Of a stretch of 64,000 nucleotides of DNA, positions 28,204-38,017 are shown piece after piece. This DNA is from a virus (taxonomy: Duplodnaviria > Caudoviricetes): the IMG/VR virus record IMGVR_UViG_3300028596_000001, one strand, 5' to 3'. The translations under genes and the position numbers were made by a program. Under the pieces are notes generated by a model. The model searched no databases and was not told where the DNA came from. It saw nothing but the letters and a program-made list of their open reading frames with translations. The first letter of the stretch is position 1, and every line of letters starts with the position of its first letter.

Positions 28204-28594
28204 GGGGATACTCCGGATACATTGAGAGACGTTCGGTATGTTTCCTGTAGAGGCGAGGACGTACCTTAACCAATCTAGAGAAAACATCCTTGGTGGTAAA
28301 GAAGTAATCTTCGATCACGTTGAAACCGAGGATACGCAAGCCTTCATCGACCGTAAACAACGGGGCTTTCATGTAGCAGCGATCGCCGTCAAAATCGATC
28401 ATTGCATAACCACGGTTCAATGCAATCTTGCGTGGCACACCGGTTTGACGCATGTGCCATTCGACCCAGTCGTTGGACAAGAGATTATCCGGACCAGCGG
28501 TGAGTTTGGGCTCTGGGTCAGTAGCCAGTTTAATACGTGTCAACACATTGGTCGCATTATGACCAAGAGTACTGGTTAGAGCTTTATGTTTCAT
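28196..28594 (-). CDS. WxxWY-module protein
   Basis: SNDWVEWHMRQTGVPRKIALNRG. Confidence 0.6.
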   Translation of the reverse strand: MKHKALTSTLGHNATNVLTRIKLATDPEPKLTAGPDNLLSNDWVEWHMRQTGVPRKIALNRGYAMIDFDGDRCYMKAPLFTVDEGLRILGFNVIEDYFFTTKDVFSRLVKVRPRLYRKHTERLSMYPEYPRD

Positions 28595-28818
28595 GCTATC
28601 CCCATTTCACGATGGAATACACGCAGCATGGCCTTGTGTACCTTTTCGCCTTCGTCCCGTGGTACGTCCGCCAGGAACTTGGCTTTGTGCGTTCCGGCAC
28701 TTCTTTCGAAAGCATCGGAAGCGTTGTTGAAGCGATAAGCTGGATCAGCTTCTTCAGCTTCCTTGGCCTCCAGCTCGGCAGCCATTTGCTGACGGAAACG
28801 AGTACTCATGATGCCCAT
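28591..28818 (-). CDS. Small hypothetical protein
   Basis: Coupled overlap with neighbours. Confidence 0.6.
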   Translation of the reverse strand: MGIMSTRFRQQMAAELEAKEAEEADPAYRFNNASDAFERSAGTHKAKFLADVPRDEGEKVHKAMLRVFHREMGIA

Positions 28819-28820
28819 GG

Positions 28821-29315
28821 CTATTCCCCTTTGACTTTGAAATGGACGTCATTTTTGATTACAACACGCCCGTCTTCTAAAGCTTCTGAACGAACACCGC
28901 CAGCCAGCGTACGAATTGGTTTCGTTACCCCTTCGATTTTTTCTGGTTTACGTGCGGCATGATACTGCTCAGCCGCTTCCACTTGATGCGGGTGCTTACC
29001 TTTTTCTGCAGACGGCTGCAAATTCAAAGCAAGATTGTTATACAGCTTGAGACCGCCATTGTCCGCTTTGATTTCTGGAGTGATGGCGTAAGACTTACCG
29101 TCTACAGTTACCCACCCGTTAGAGTAGGCAATGCCGCAGAGTTCCCAGAACGACTTGACCACTTTGCGTATGTGGCCAGCTAGGCTTTCAATACCCAGGA
29201 TAATCGCTTTACGATCTTCATCGGAAGCTTGTTGCCAGAAGTCTTTGACGTACTTCTCCAGCGCTTCCTTACCTTCTACGTCAGCCAGGCCACTTACAAA
29301 TTCGTCGAGAGTCAT
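28821..29315 (-). CDS. Hypothetical protein
   Basis: Tiling. Confidence 0.65.
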   Translation of the reverse strand: MTLDEFVSGLADVEGKEALEKYVKDFWQQASDEDRKAIILGIESLAGHIRKVVKSFWELCGIAYSNGWVTVDGKSYAITPEIKADNGGLKLYNNLALNLQPSAEKGKHPHQVEAAEQYHAARKPEKIEGVTKPIRTLAGGVRSEALEDGRVVIKNDVHFKVKGE

Positions 29316-29316
29316 A

Positions 29317-29628
29317 TTACCACCATGCCTTGAGATCGTTAACTACTTTGCCTTCTTGTAAAGCTTGGATACGGATACGGGCAGTAGCCTTAGCCACATT
29401 AGAAGACACCTTTTTCTGCAACCTGTACCAAGCGATCCATACCGGGTTTGCTTTACCTTCAGCGTTGGTCAAACTAGGTTCGTTCATGCACTGAACGACT
29501 TCATTAAAAACCTTATGCGCTCGCAGGTAGCTAACCCCGTGTTGTTGCATATACCACTTGGTCCAGGGTGCAACATTTAAAACACCCTTACTGGTAATAA
29601 GGGATGGCTCTTTGTCATTCGTTATCAT
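29317..29628 (-). CDS. Protein of two tandem WxxWY modules
   Basis: APWTKWYMQQHGVSYLRA and NPVWIAWYRLQKKVSSNVA. Confidence 0.65.
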   Translation of the reverse strand: MITNDKEPSLITSKGVLNVAPWTKWYMQQHGVSYLRAHKVFNEVVQCMNEPSLTNAEGKANPVWIAWYRLQKKVSSNVAKATARIRIQALQEGKVVNDLKAWW

Positions 29629-30106
29629 TGTGTTTCAACCGATCCATGGAGCCAGGGGTACGGATAATGGTCAGGTGGGTGGCCTTATCGCTAAAGACGT
29701 CCTTATGGAAGATGGCACCACCGTCCGCCATCACCCTTTCCCGATTAAGCCGAATCCCGACTCTTGTAGGACCTTTAAAGCCAAGGCAAGCCACCCAGGC
29801 TCTGTACAACAAACGTCGCGTGCCCGGACTGTTGGACACCAGGCGAGTGACGCGGTCCTGGAACGGGTCGAACTTGGGGATGGTGTAAAACCCACCTCGC
29901 GGGCCACCTTTAAAACGATCACCAGTGATTTGTGGCATCGTTTCATGCAGGGTGGTTAGAAAGCTGAAAGCAGGAGTAGACGGCACTGGGTATCCCTGCT
30001 GATCCACCACAATGAACGGTGCGCCACCACCAGGATGAGTAAGGACCTCATCCAAAGTTGGTTTTGGCATTTTCTTCAAAAGTTCGTCTACCAATTTCTT
30101 ATCCAT
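29615..30106 (-). CDS. Hypothetical protein
   Basis: First gene after promoter-like box. Confidence 0.55.
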   Translation of the reverse strand: MDKKLVDELLKKMPKPTLDEVLTHPGGGAPFIVVDQQGYPVPSTPAFSFLTTLHETMPQITGDRFKGGPRGGFYTIPKFDPFQDRVTRLVSNSPGTRRLLYRAWVACLGFKGPTRVGIRLNRERVMADGGAIFHKDVFSDKATHLTIIRTPGSMDRLKHNDNE

Positions 30107-30139
30107 TACCGATTACTCCTTAAAAACTAATGTACTATA

Positions 30140-30162
30140 CACACTAATAATTTAGGCCTGAG
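30140..30162 (-). promoter_or_regulatory. Degenerate early-type promoter
   Basis: Minus strand CTCAGGCC-TAAATTAT-TAGTGTG. Confidence 0.45.
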
Positions 30163-30221
30163 TTCTTGCAGAAATTAAACACTCTATAGGGTACTATATA
30201 CCTACTACAGTGAGAAATAAT

Positions 30222-30938
30222 ATGAAAGAGTTACTACTCTCTGGGGGAGCTCCGAACAATCCTGAACCTACCGGCGATGTGTTGTTTTTGTACGATCCCG
30301 AGACAAGCAAAGACCTTATCTCCGGACAAGTCTGTGTTGCACTATCCGGCGGAGCCGCTGTAGACAATATTACCAAGATTGATGGCAAAGGAACGCTAAA
30401 GTTGGTAGGCGGTGGTAGCCAGGGATTGATTACATTCCCCACCCCGCTCAGCCTTGAAGTATTGTCTGAATGGACAGTTGAATGGGTATCTCGCCCGATC
30501 TCCATTCAAAGTGGTTACGTTACCGAGATGTTTATTGACACTAGCCCTAGCTCAGGTTACCCCATTGGTTGCCGCTGGCCAGATGGTGGTTATGGTAACC
30601 GTGCGCAGTTCAACCTGTCTAACTGGGCGAACGAAAACATTTGGCACCCGCCATTTGCCAAAGCTGCGGCGGAAGGCAATACCATTCGGTGGGCGATGGT
30701 TTATAAAGGTGGGTTGATACGGATCTACAAAGACGGGATTAAACAGTCTTTGGCGGCCGGCACCAGTGGGATCTACGACAAGGACTTCATTTCCAAAACT
30801 GTGTCATGGCCTGTGTACCACAAAATTTACTTGGGGTACTTCAACGGTACTAACTCTGCTTGGACCGGTAACTTCGGCCGTTTACGGATTAGTAACTTTG
30901 CTCGTTATCTCGCCAACTACACACCAGTGCCGTTCTAA
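30222..30938 (+). CDS. LamG/concanavalin-like virion protein
   Basis: EWTVEW..RWAMVYKGGLIRIYKDG..RLRISNFARYLANYTPVPF. Confidence 0.7.
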   Translation: MKELLLSGGAPNNPEPTGDVLFLYDPETSKDLISGQVCVALSGGAAVDNITKIDGKGTLKLVGGGSQGLITFPTPLSLEVLSEWTVEWVSRPISIQSGYVTEMFIDTSPSSGYPIGCRWPDGGYGNRAQFNLSNWANENIWHPPFAKAAAEGNTIRWAMVYKGGLIRIYKDGIKQSLAAGTSGIYDKDFISKTVSWPVYHKIYLGYFNGTNSAWTGNFGRLRISNFARYLANYTPVPF

Positions 30939-30950
30939 TAGGAGGCGTGC

Positions 30951-31670
30951 ATGATTGAGTTACTGAACGGACGCGGGCAACAAATCGTGGAACCAACGGG
31001 TGATGTCGTTCTGTTGTTCGATTACGATACCATGACCAACTTGGTCGATTATCCGATCACTGCGTCTTTGGTAGATGCTTCTATCGATCGCGTTAACTTG
31101 ATTGATGGTGTTCCGGTGTTGTCCAAAGATAACATGAGCACTAGTCGGCTAGTAATCAATTTTGGTATACCGTTAGATTTCTCTGTAGGTAATTGGACCT
31201 TTGAATGGTCTACTTTTACCACTCAGCTGTACGGTGGGTACAGCGGTGAAATGTGGTTCGATGGCGGTAATGTAAGTAATGCGGGTTTCGCTAGTTTCTT
31301 TGGGGACTACGGTTTTGGTAACAGAATTATGCTTGCCGACGGCCAAGCACCGGATACTGCGGACTTGTGGCGGCCCCTGCATTATAAAGCTGATATGTTA
31401 AACAAGTTAGTGCGTTACGCCTGCGTTTATAGAAATGGGTTTTTCTCCTTCTTTATCGATGGTAAGAAACAAGCCATGGAAAACGGCGTTACCAACGGTA
31501 CAGTCAAGACCGACGTTCCGTTGCGTGGCCTAGGTAAAGGAATGACCCGTCTGGAGGTGGGTCGAGTGACCGGTTACAGCCACATCCTCCCTAACATCGG
31601 ACGAGTAGGCAGAATACGTGTTAGCAAATTTGCTCGCTACTCATCGGACTACACACCAACACCATTCTGA
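30951..31670 (+). CDS. LamG/concanavalin-like virion protein
   Basis: NWTFEW..RYACVYRNG..FFIDG..RIRVSKFARYSSDYTPTPF. Confidence 0.7.
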   Translation: MIELLNGRGQQIVEPTGDVVLLFDYDTMTNLVDYPITASLVDASIDRVNLIDGVPVLSKDNMSTSRLVINFGIPLDFSVGNWTFEWSTFTTQLYGGYSGEMWFDGGNVSNAGFASFFGDYGFGNRIMLADGQAPDTADLWRPLHYKADMLNKLVRYACVYRNGFFSFFIDGKKQAMENGVTNGTVKTDVPLRGLGKGMTRLEVGRVTGYSHILPNIGRVGRIRVSKFARYSSDYTPTPF

Positions 31671-31682
31671 TAGGAGGTGGCT

Positions 31683-32600
31683 ATGATCGAAATGTTCCTA
31701 CCGCAGAATACCATTAGTGAACCACCTATCCCAGTTATTGGTGGAGTCTATAAACAACTTGCCAGCGCGGTCACGCCACGGAGTTCCCACTCCGTCGTTG
31801 CCATTGATGGGAAGATCTACGCATTCGGCGGTAGTTATGGTGCTCTCAACAGCACCATGGAAGTTTACGATATCGAAACCAACACTTGGGCACCTGTTGT
31901 TGCTCAAGGCATGCCAAGCCCTCGTCATGGTTGTGCATGCTGTGTATTGAACGGTAAGTTTTATATCTTCGGTGGGTCCACTGGCAACGGCTGGGGGCCG
32001 ATGAGTCAAGAGGTTTATGTATTCGACCCTGCGACGGTAGCCTGGACTAAACTGGCAAACACACCGAATGCGGTTGCGTTGCATACGGCAGTACCCATTA
32101 AAGGCAAGATCTACATATTCGCTGGGTTCAATGGAGGAGCTCCGGTAAACGATCTGTACGAGTATGATCCTGTCGCGAATACCTATCGAACCATTGCTAA
32201 CAGCCAGCCTGTCCAACACGGCCACAAGGCAGTAGCGATCGGCGACCGTATGTTTGTTGTGGGCGGGGTGTCTAGCTCGACATTGCTCAACCGTTGTGTT
32301 GCTTACGACCCTGTAAACAACACCTGGCAACACTACGCGGCTTCTCCTGTTGGTAACACCTACACCTTCGTTGGTGCATTAGGTAACTACATCTACATGT
32401 TTGGGGGTAGCCTTAACAACATCACGACAACCAACAACCGTTTGTTCAAGTTTAGTCTGGAGACTAACAGTTGGGCTGAACTTCCGTCTGGTGCTAGTCC
32501 CGCTTACCTTGGCTGGATGGCCGTCTCGGATAAAGCACTTTATTTGCACGGCGGTTATAACAACACTGCGGTACTTGCCGAGCTTTGGGAAGTCAAGTAA
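31683..32600 (+). CDS. Kelch-repeat beta-propeller protein
   Basis: About six repeats H..V...KIY.FGG......YD.....W; start at ATG 31683 after GGAGG. Confidence 0.9.
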   Translation: MIEMFLPQNTISEPPIPVIGGVYKQLASAVTPRSSHSVVAIDGKIYAFGGSYGALNSTMEVYDIETNTWAPVVAQGMPSPRHGCACCVLNGKFYIFGGSTGNGWGPMSQEVYVFDPATVAWTKLANTPNAVALHTAVPIKGKIYIFAGFNGGAPVNDLYEYDPVANTYRTIANSQPVQHGHKAVAIGDRMFVVGGVSSSTLLNRCVAYDPVNNTWQHYAASPVGNTYTFVGALGNYIYMFGGSLNNITTTNNRLFKFSLETNSWAELPSGASPAYLGWMAVSDKALYLHGGYNNTAVLAELWEVK

Positions 32601-32634
32601 TGCTTAATACTCTATTAACCAAAGGCTAAAGGAA

Positions 32635-33336
32635 ATGATCGAGCTTTTAGGATTCGTTGGTAAATCTAACGTTAGTCCTCCTGTTGGTGTGGATAATTTC
32701 TTCTTCTTTGACGGACCTACTCCCCCAACACTTACCCTGACCTTAGGAGGTTCAGCGGCATTCGAATCGACGCCTACAATCGATGGAAAGACAGCGTCAT
32801 TCACCACCACAGCAGATACGCTAAAAGTTACATTCGGAACCCCTCTTAACTTGAGTACATCCGACTGGACTTTGGAGTGGTCGATAATTAACCAGGCAGT
32901 GCCTGCGGCGGATTACGCTGCTGAGCTGGGGCTGTTTCCAGCTAATGGTGGTGTGGCCGGTCTCCAGGCTCGTTACGGTAGTCCAGGTTTTGGTAACCGT
33001 CTACAGTTCGGTGGGAGAATGGCTGCTCTAGAAACCTGTTATAGTTCTCAATACACTAAATCCGGATTGGTCGGTGTGCTGAAACGTTTTGCCCTGGTTT
33101 CCAAGAACAAGAGCATTACGTTATACGTTAATGGCGTTAGGGAAAACTTTGCGTTGGGTACTACCAACACATACAACACCACGGCTTTTGGATTAGACAC
33201 GGACATGTCTGCCATTACCAACTTGCTGTTGGGTAGTAACCCTCTTGCAGGCGGTTCTGTATTGGCTAAGCGTGGTCCGGTGAAACTCAGCATGTTCGCT
33301 AAGTACAGTGCCAATTACACGCCGGTTCCATTTTGA
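32635..33336 (+). CDS. LamG/concanavalin-like virion protein
   Basis: DWTLEW..RFALVSKNK.ITLYVNG..KLSMFAKYSANYTPVPF. Confidence 0.7.
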   Translation: MIELLGFVGKSNVSPPVGVDNFFFFDGPTPPTLTLTLGGSAAFESTPTIDGKTASFTTTADTLKVTFGTPLNLSTSDWTLEWSIINQAVPAADYAAELGLFPANGGVAGLQARYGSPGFGNRLQFGGRMAALETCYSSQYTKSGLVGVLKRFALVSKNKSITLYVNGVRENFALGTTNTYNTTAFGLDTDMSAITNLLLGSNPLAGGSVLAKRGPVKLSMFAKYSANYTPVPF

Positions 33337-33393
33337 AGCAAAAAAAAGAAACATATACTACCCCTAGCCCTTAACGGGGCTAGGGGTAGTATA
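33337..33393 (-). terminator. Intrinsic terminator, near-copy of 6699-6757
   Basis: CAAAAAAAAGAAA then TATACTACCCCTAGCCC-TTAACG-GGGCTAGGGGTAGTATA. Confidence 0.8.
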
Positions 33394-33397
33394 GTCA

Positions 33398-33958
33398 CTA
33401 TAGGTTTTTCAGGACCTTGCCCTTACGCTGATATTCAGCCAACGCTTCCCGTGGAATTTCTGGATCGATATCCGGGTGTTGGTGGACGATGCTGTCATCC
33501 AGTTGCTGGCGGATTACTTCAAGTGCTAACTTGAGTTTCTCACCGTCCATCTCGCCCAGCGAGCCATCCAGGTTTCTACCGGCCTTGTACTGTTCGTGTT
33601 GGAAAGTACCCGATTCCTTGATACCGGCTGCCCACAACTGGGTCATCACGTAGGACTCAAGGTACTTACCGTAGAACAAATCCACGTTGAGCAGTTGCCC
33701 TTTGTGGAAGTGCAGCTTCGACGCATTACCGTCGAGAATGCCGGTGAAGGTCAGAAGATCTTTTTCGTAAGCCGCTTTAGCTTCCGCCAAATACTCCAGC
33801 GGGTAATTGTGGTAAACCGCTTTGATTTGGCCATCAGCGCCAACATCGATACCACCAATACCGAGATCCCAACGAACTTGCGTATGGAAACCTTTTTCGA
33901 TCTGTACGCCATGGAAGCCAAGACCCTCCTGGAAGTTAATATCAGTTACCCAACCCAT
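33398..33958 (-). CDS. Hypothetical protein
   Basis: AGGAG RBS, tiling. Confidence 0.65.
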   Translation of the reverse strand: MGWVTDINFQEGLGFHGVQIEKGFHTQVRWDLGIGGIDVGADGQIKAVYHNYPLEYLAEAKAAYEKDLLTFTGILDGNASKLHFHKGQLLNVDLFYGKYLESYVMTQLWAAGIKESGTFQHEQYKAGRNLDGSLGEMDGEKLKLALEVIRQQLDDSIVHQHPDIDPEIPREALAEYQRKGKVLKNL

Positions 33959-33967
33959 AACAGCTCC

Positions 33968-34645
33968 TTACATCACTTGTAGTCCATTGAGATTCAACAG
34001 AGTAAACTTACCACGACCAGGTTTCCACCCTTCAGTGTCGATGTAATAAGTGTTACCCAACTTCAACATATCCGTTACCGGGTTATGTCCCACTACCAAG
34101 GCGCGAACACCTGTAATCCTGGTAGTGTCTTTCTCTTCGAACCGTGCACGGCTGTACATGCACTTGTTCATTACCTTCTTGTGTTCCTTACGACGGCTAT
34201 CGTCACGCAGACGCGCTACAAGCTCATCCCAGCTGTCGTAAGCACAACCGGCATGCACAATACCAACTAACCCGTATTTGGTCTCTACCTCGATTGCAAT
34301 GGGCAGAGCATCAAAAGGAACAGAGAACAACTCCTGCTCTTGTGGGGTGAACGCTTTAAACCAACTACCGGCGTTTTCTAACCAACTGGGCGAGGTCAGA
34401 TAACGAGAAACATGGTCGTCATGATTACCCTTTACCGAGAACACCCAGTCTTTGTTTAACCAATTAAAAGCTTCACGGTTCTCCGGCCCACGATCAACCA
34501 GATCTCCTACAATGAACAAACGATCAATCAGTGGGTTGAACTTAATCCGGTCCAATTCCACCTGTAGGTAACTGAAGTGCCCATGCACATCACCTACAGC
34601 GATATCTCGCCCCTCGGTGTTTACTCCAAATCGCTTAACATACAT
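33968..34645 (-). CDS. Metallophosphoesterase (lambda NinI / PphA-like Ser/Thr phosphatase)
   Basis: GDVHG, VGDLVDRGP, GNHD, HAG, GHNP, IDT motifs. Confidence 0.9.
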   Translation of the reverse strand: MYVKRFGVNTEGRDIAVGDVHGHFSYLQVELDRIKFNPLIDRLFIVGDLVDRGPENREAFNWLNKDWVFSVKGNHDDHVSRYLTSPSWLENAGSWFKAFTPQEQELFSVPFDALPIAIEVETKYGLVGIVHAGCAYDSWDELVARLRDDSRRKEHKKVMNKCMYSRARFEEKDTTRITGVRALVVGHNPVTDMLKLGNTYYIDTEGWKPGRGKFTLLNLNGLQVM

Positions 34646-34660
34646 AGCCCCATTCCTTTA

Positions 34661-35194
34661 TTAGGTCCGGGAAGCTAGTCCCGGTACGTACAATAACCAA
34701 TTACCGTGAATCATAATAGAAATTTGATCGCTCTCTTTGTCGTAAGCGACCTTTGGACAAACCTTAACAGCTAAGGTATCTGCCAAAGTAGGCTCCGCCA
34801 TAAAGCCTCGGTAAGCAGGATCACCAATCATGGCGGTAGGAGCTTGTGTAAGCACCTCTACCCAACGTTCTTGTTCATCCCGGAGGGTATCCATGATTAC
34901 CTGGATATCTCGTGGGGAGAACGTAGGGAAGCCGATGGCGAGTTCGTGGTACCAGTCTTTGTTGAAGTCGCCGTTGATGTTAAGCAGTGGCGTCTTCTCA
35001 ATGAATTCAACAACCCGTAACCGTAAACATTCACCGATTACTTGACCTTTATCCCAAGGGCTAGGGTCGATAGCACCTGGGTAACCGCCGTCGAAAGCGC
35101 GGTCCATGAAACTGGTCGGTACTGGTTCTTTTTCTTGTGGTTTGAAAAGAAAACTCTTAACCCGCATACTTACAGTATTTACAAGGTGGCGCAT
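34661..35194 (-). CDS. Hypothetical protein
   Basis: GGAG RBS, tiling. Confidence 0.6.
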   Translation of the reverse strand: MRHLVNTVSMRVKSFLFKPQEKEPVPTSFMDRAFDGGYPGAIDPSPWDKGQVIGECLRLRVVEFIEKTPLLNINGDFNKDWYHELAIGFPTFSPRDIQVIMDTLRDEQERWVEVLTQAPTAMIGDPAYRGFMAEPTLADTLAVKVCPKVAYDKESDQISIMIHGNWLLYVPGLASRT

Positions 35195-35216
35195 AATAGT
35201 TCTCCTTTAAGTAAAA

Positions 35217-35244
35217 CTATCTAGCGGTGTTACCCGCTAGATAG
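35217..35244 (-). terminator. Hairpin closing the membrane operon
   Basis: CTATCTAGCGG-TGTTAC-CCGCTAGATAG with adjacent A-run. Confidence 0.65.
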
Positions 35245-35256
35245 CCACACTGCTTA

Positions 35257-35814
35257 CTACTTGATAGTAGCTTCGCGCTTGCCGGTAGCAAAGGCGTTCT
35301 GGGTTGCTTCGTCAGACACGATCCGGCACATGGTCAGTACGTCTTTCTTCGGGAAGCCTGCCATCTTCAACAGCCAGCCACGAACCAGGTAGTCACGGGT
35401 GGTTTCGTACTGGGTACACAGTTCGATCTTGCGGTCCTGGGAAATCTTGAATTCAGAACCACCGCCGTCGATGATGTCATGGACTTTCAGGAACAGCTTC
35501 GAATCCACAGTGGGGTTCTGTTCCTGGATCCATTGCATCGTAGCCTGACTACCATTCTTGCCGTAACGACCTTCCACCGCAGCCTGCACCACTTCCTTGA
35601 GGGAGTTGGTGTACTGCTTGTTCAGACCCACAGCATCCTGGATCTTGATGGTGGTGGTGCTCAACACGTTTTCACTTTTGGTGTTGAGTGCCTTGATGTC
35701 GTTTTCGAAGGTGATCGCGGTGTCGTGCATGCTCTGGTAGCCCAGGAACAATGCACCAGCCACACCGCCGATGATCAGAAACAGCACGCCAACAACAATA
35801 CCAGCTACTTTCAT
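35257..35814 (-). CDS. LemA-like membrane-anchored protein
   Basis: N-terminal TM followed by helical domain (WIQEQNP..LFLKVHDII..Y..W..AGFP). Confidence 0.55.
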   Translation of the reverse strand: MKVAGIVVGVLFLIIGGVAGALFLGYQSMHDTAITFENDIKALNTKSENVLSTTTIKIQDAVGLNKQYTNSLKEVVQAAVEGRYGKNGSQATMQWIQEQNPTVDSKLFLKVHDIIDGGGSEFKISQDRKIELCTQYETTRDYLVRGWLLKMAGFPKKDVLTMCRIVSDEATQNAFATGKREATIK

Positions 35815-35832
35815 TTTCTTGCTTTCCTTGAG

Positions 35833-36927
35833 TTATGCAACGTCTTCTTTAATTACATACACCGCGATACCGATGGCGGAAGCCAGGTTCAGCAATACCA
35901 TGGTAACAATTACCCAGGTGGGCGGTATCCACCCGTTCTTCATGTATTCGAACTTCTTGTTCGAGACACGTTTGAAGTCTTCTTTGATCAGATGGTACTG
36001 TTCTTGCACCAACTGGTCAGTGAACTTACGTTCGTAGGTCATACTCTGGAGTTGCTTGAGCATGATCTGGTTATCTTGCCCGTCAGCAAACGACATGGCC
36101 CGAGCCCACTTAATGTTCTCTTCATCGTCGATGCCATAGAACAAGATTACGTCATTCTTACGAGCACCACTCCAATACTCCATGAGAGCATAGAAATAGT
36201 CGTCAGGGTTCTGCGTTACTACCAGGATGACGTTAAGTTGCTTGGTAGGGCCATCATGACTGAGTTGCGCATTCAGCCAGATGTTGATACCATCGTAATC
36301 CGTATTAACCCCAGGATCCTGGACAACACGGTTGAAACGATAGTAGTCGTACGGTTTTGGATATGCGGGCAGTTTACCAACGTAGCGGTTATGCATGGCT
36401 GTATCCACTTTGAAGCGGTTACGGTCCAGTAGCATGAAGTTAGTAACCATCCCAACCTGTGCAACCGGGTCGGCTACCTCCACCACGCTGTAACGCTCTG
36501 GCATCTTCAAGCCGCGACGATCCGCACGATCAATGGTGTACGTCCCCAAAGTCGTGTAAACGTCCCAGTCGACGTCGTAGGAGTGCTCATCGCAGTACTT
36601 GGGCCGACATACCGTACGGGAGCGCCGCTTACCCTTGGAATCCGTGTAACTCTCCGACTTACAGGTCTCCCCGCACTTGTACTGGTGACTACAGGACACG
36701 TGTACCGAGTCCTTACCAGTAACAAATCCGTTAAAGATGCTGATGTCAGACGTTTGGGAAGAAGCGGCTGCCGCGATAACACCCATACATAGCGCGGTAC
36801 TAACAATAGCACCCAAGCCCTGCAAGGCCCATTCTTTCGGAGTGATCTTGTGCGGGAAGAAGAACTTCGCGATCAAAGCCACCAAGAAAGCCGGTATGAA
36901 AACTAAAGGGAAATAAAACCCCATCAA
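35833..36927 (-). CDS. Membrane protein with Cys-rich loop and TPM-like domain
   Basis: Two N-terminal TMs, CSHQYKC..C..YCDEH, KQLNVILVVT..WSGARKNDVILFYG, C-terminal TM. Confidence 0.6.
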   Translation of the reverse strand: MMGFYFPLVFIPAFLVALIAKFFFPHKITPKEWALQGLGAIVSTALCMGVIAAAASSQTSDISIFNGFVTGKDSVHVSCSHQYKCGETCKSESYTDSKGKRRSRTVCRPKYCDEHSYDVDWDVYTTLGTYTIDRADRRGLKMPERYSVVEVADPVAQVGMVTNFMLLDRNRFKVDTAMHNRYVGKLPAYPKPYDYYRFNRVVQDPGVNTDYDGINIWLNAQLSHDGPTKQLNVILVVTQNPDDYFYALMEYWSGARKNDVILFYGIDDEENIKWARAMSFADGQDNQIMLKQLQSMTYERKFTDQLVQEQYHLIKEDFKRVSNKKFEYMKNGWIPPTWVIVTMVLLNLASAIGIAVYVIKEDVA

Positions 36928-37328
36928 CTACTCTCCTTATACTCCTTGTAGGCTTTGGCGTTTTCCTTAGCCTTATCTTCTCGACATACGAATGTATCAT
37001 ACACACCGGTGCAATGACGATAGTTGTAGTCTTTCGCCCAGGCGTCCAGATCACCCATGGTTTTTGCATAACCTAGCGCACACAGTAAAACAAAAGTGCC
37101 TAGGAGCAGCCAACCAACGAAGTTAGTCATTGGCGGGTCTTTCACAATCTTCACTGGCGGACGACGTGGTAGCACTGGCTTGTGCTTAGGGACCAACGGT
37201 AGCTTGGCGTGTGTTTCATACTTCCGTGACGGCGGAGGTGCCGCAGGAGCAGGAGGACGTTTGTAACTATGCCCTGGATACTCCTTGCCTTCCAGATCAT
37301 CAGGCGGGGGTATGGTGTCACGAGTCAT
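36924..37328 (-). CDS. TM + C-x8-C protein
   Basis: Start moved to ATG 37328; Pro-rich N-terminus, TM, CTGVYDTFVC. Confidence 0.7.
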   Translation of the reverse strand: MTRDTIPPPDDLEGKEYPGHSYKRPPAPAAPPPSRKYETHAKLPLVPKHKPVLPRRPPVKIVKDPPMTNFVGWLLLGTFVLLCALGYAKTMGDLDAWAKDYNYRHCTGVYDTFVCREDKAKENAKAYKEYKESS

Positions 37329-37330
37329 AA

Positions 37331-37540
37331 TCACCTCGGCAAACAAGAAATGAAGAAAACCCACATGCCGATAACAGCAAGGATCAGCAACCAAAACCAA
37401 AGGTCATCGTTCAACTCTTTGGGTTGGTCTGCTTTAGCTGTACCGGGTTTGCGTATGTATACAAATACACCAGTAGAAGGGTCGTCTATGACGACCTCTT
37501 CTTTGGCTATGTATTGTCCCTCAATTGGTTTTGAGGGCAT
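37331..37540 (-). CDS. Small C-terminal TM protein
   Basis: LWFWLLILAVIGMWVFFISC. Confidence 0.55.
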   Translation of the reverse strand: MPSKPIEGQYIAKEEVVIDDPSTGVFVYIRKPGTAKADQPKELNDDLWFWLLILAVIGMWVFFISCLPR

Positions 37541-37790
37541 TGAGTCCTTCCTCGTACTGTTGTCTGAGTTCCGCTTGTTTCAAGCGTACTTGCAGGCATT
37601 CAGGAGTGGCGTATTCTTCCGCACAGACAGTACGGTTGTGGGCGTCTTTAAGACGACGAGCATTTTCCCCGTCAACCTTGATGCCGTAGAACACCGCCCC
37701 ATAAACAAGGACTACGATAAGTGCGAATATAGCAACGACAAACCAGCACCCAGGTCCGCCCTTAATTAGGATTTCCCCCAGTCGTTTCAT
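37521..37790 (-). CDS. TM + C-x8-C protein
   Basis: CAEEYATPEC. Confidence 0.7.
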   Translation of the reverse strand: MKRLGEILIKGGPGCWFVVAIFALIVVLVYGAVFYGIKVDGENARRLKDAHNRTVCAEEYATPECLQVRLKQAELRQQYEEGLNALKTN

Positions 37791-38017
37791 TTAAGCAACT
37801 CCTTTTGTCGACTTTCCAACAAGAGTTTCTCGATCTTGTACTGGTGGCAAGGAATGGTGTCGAAGCGACCAACACAATTGGTCTTGTTATCTTCACGGAT
37901 CTCGCCACGACGCATCTCAACCCACTTCTCTATTAGCAGTACGGAAGGCACGCCTATCACAACAATAATAGCAATGCGGCTCAAATACCACCACCACCAC
38001 GTATTACGTCCTCTCAT
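37787..38017 (-). CDS. TM + C-x8-C protein
   Basis: CVGRFDTIPC. Confidence 0.7.
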   Translation of the reverse strand: MRGRNTWWWWYLSRIAIIVVIGVPSVLLIEKWVEMRRGEIREDNKTNCVGRFDTIPCHQYKIEKLLLESRQKELLK

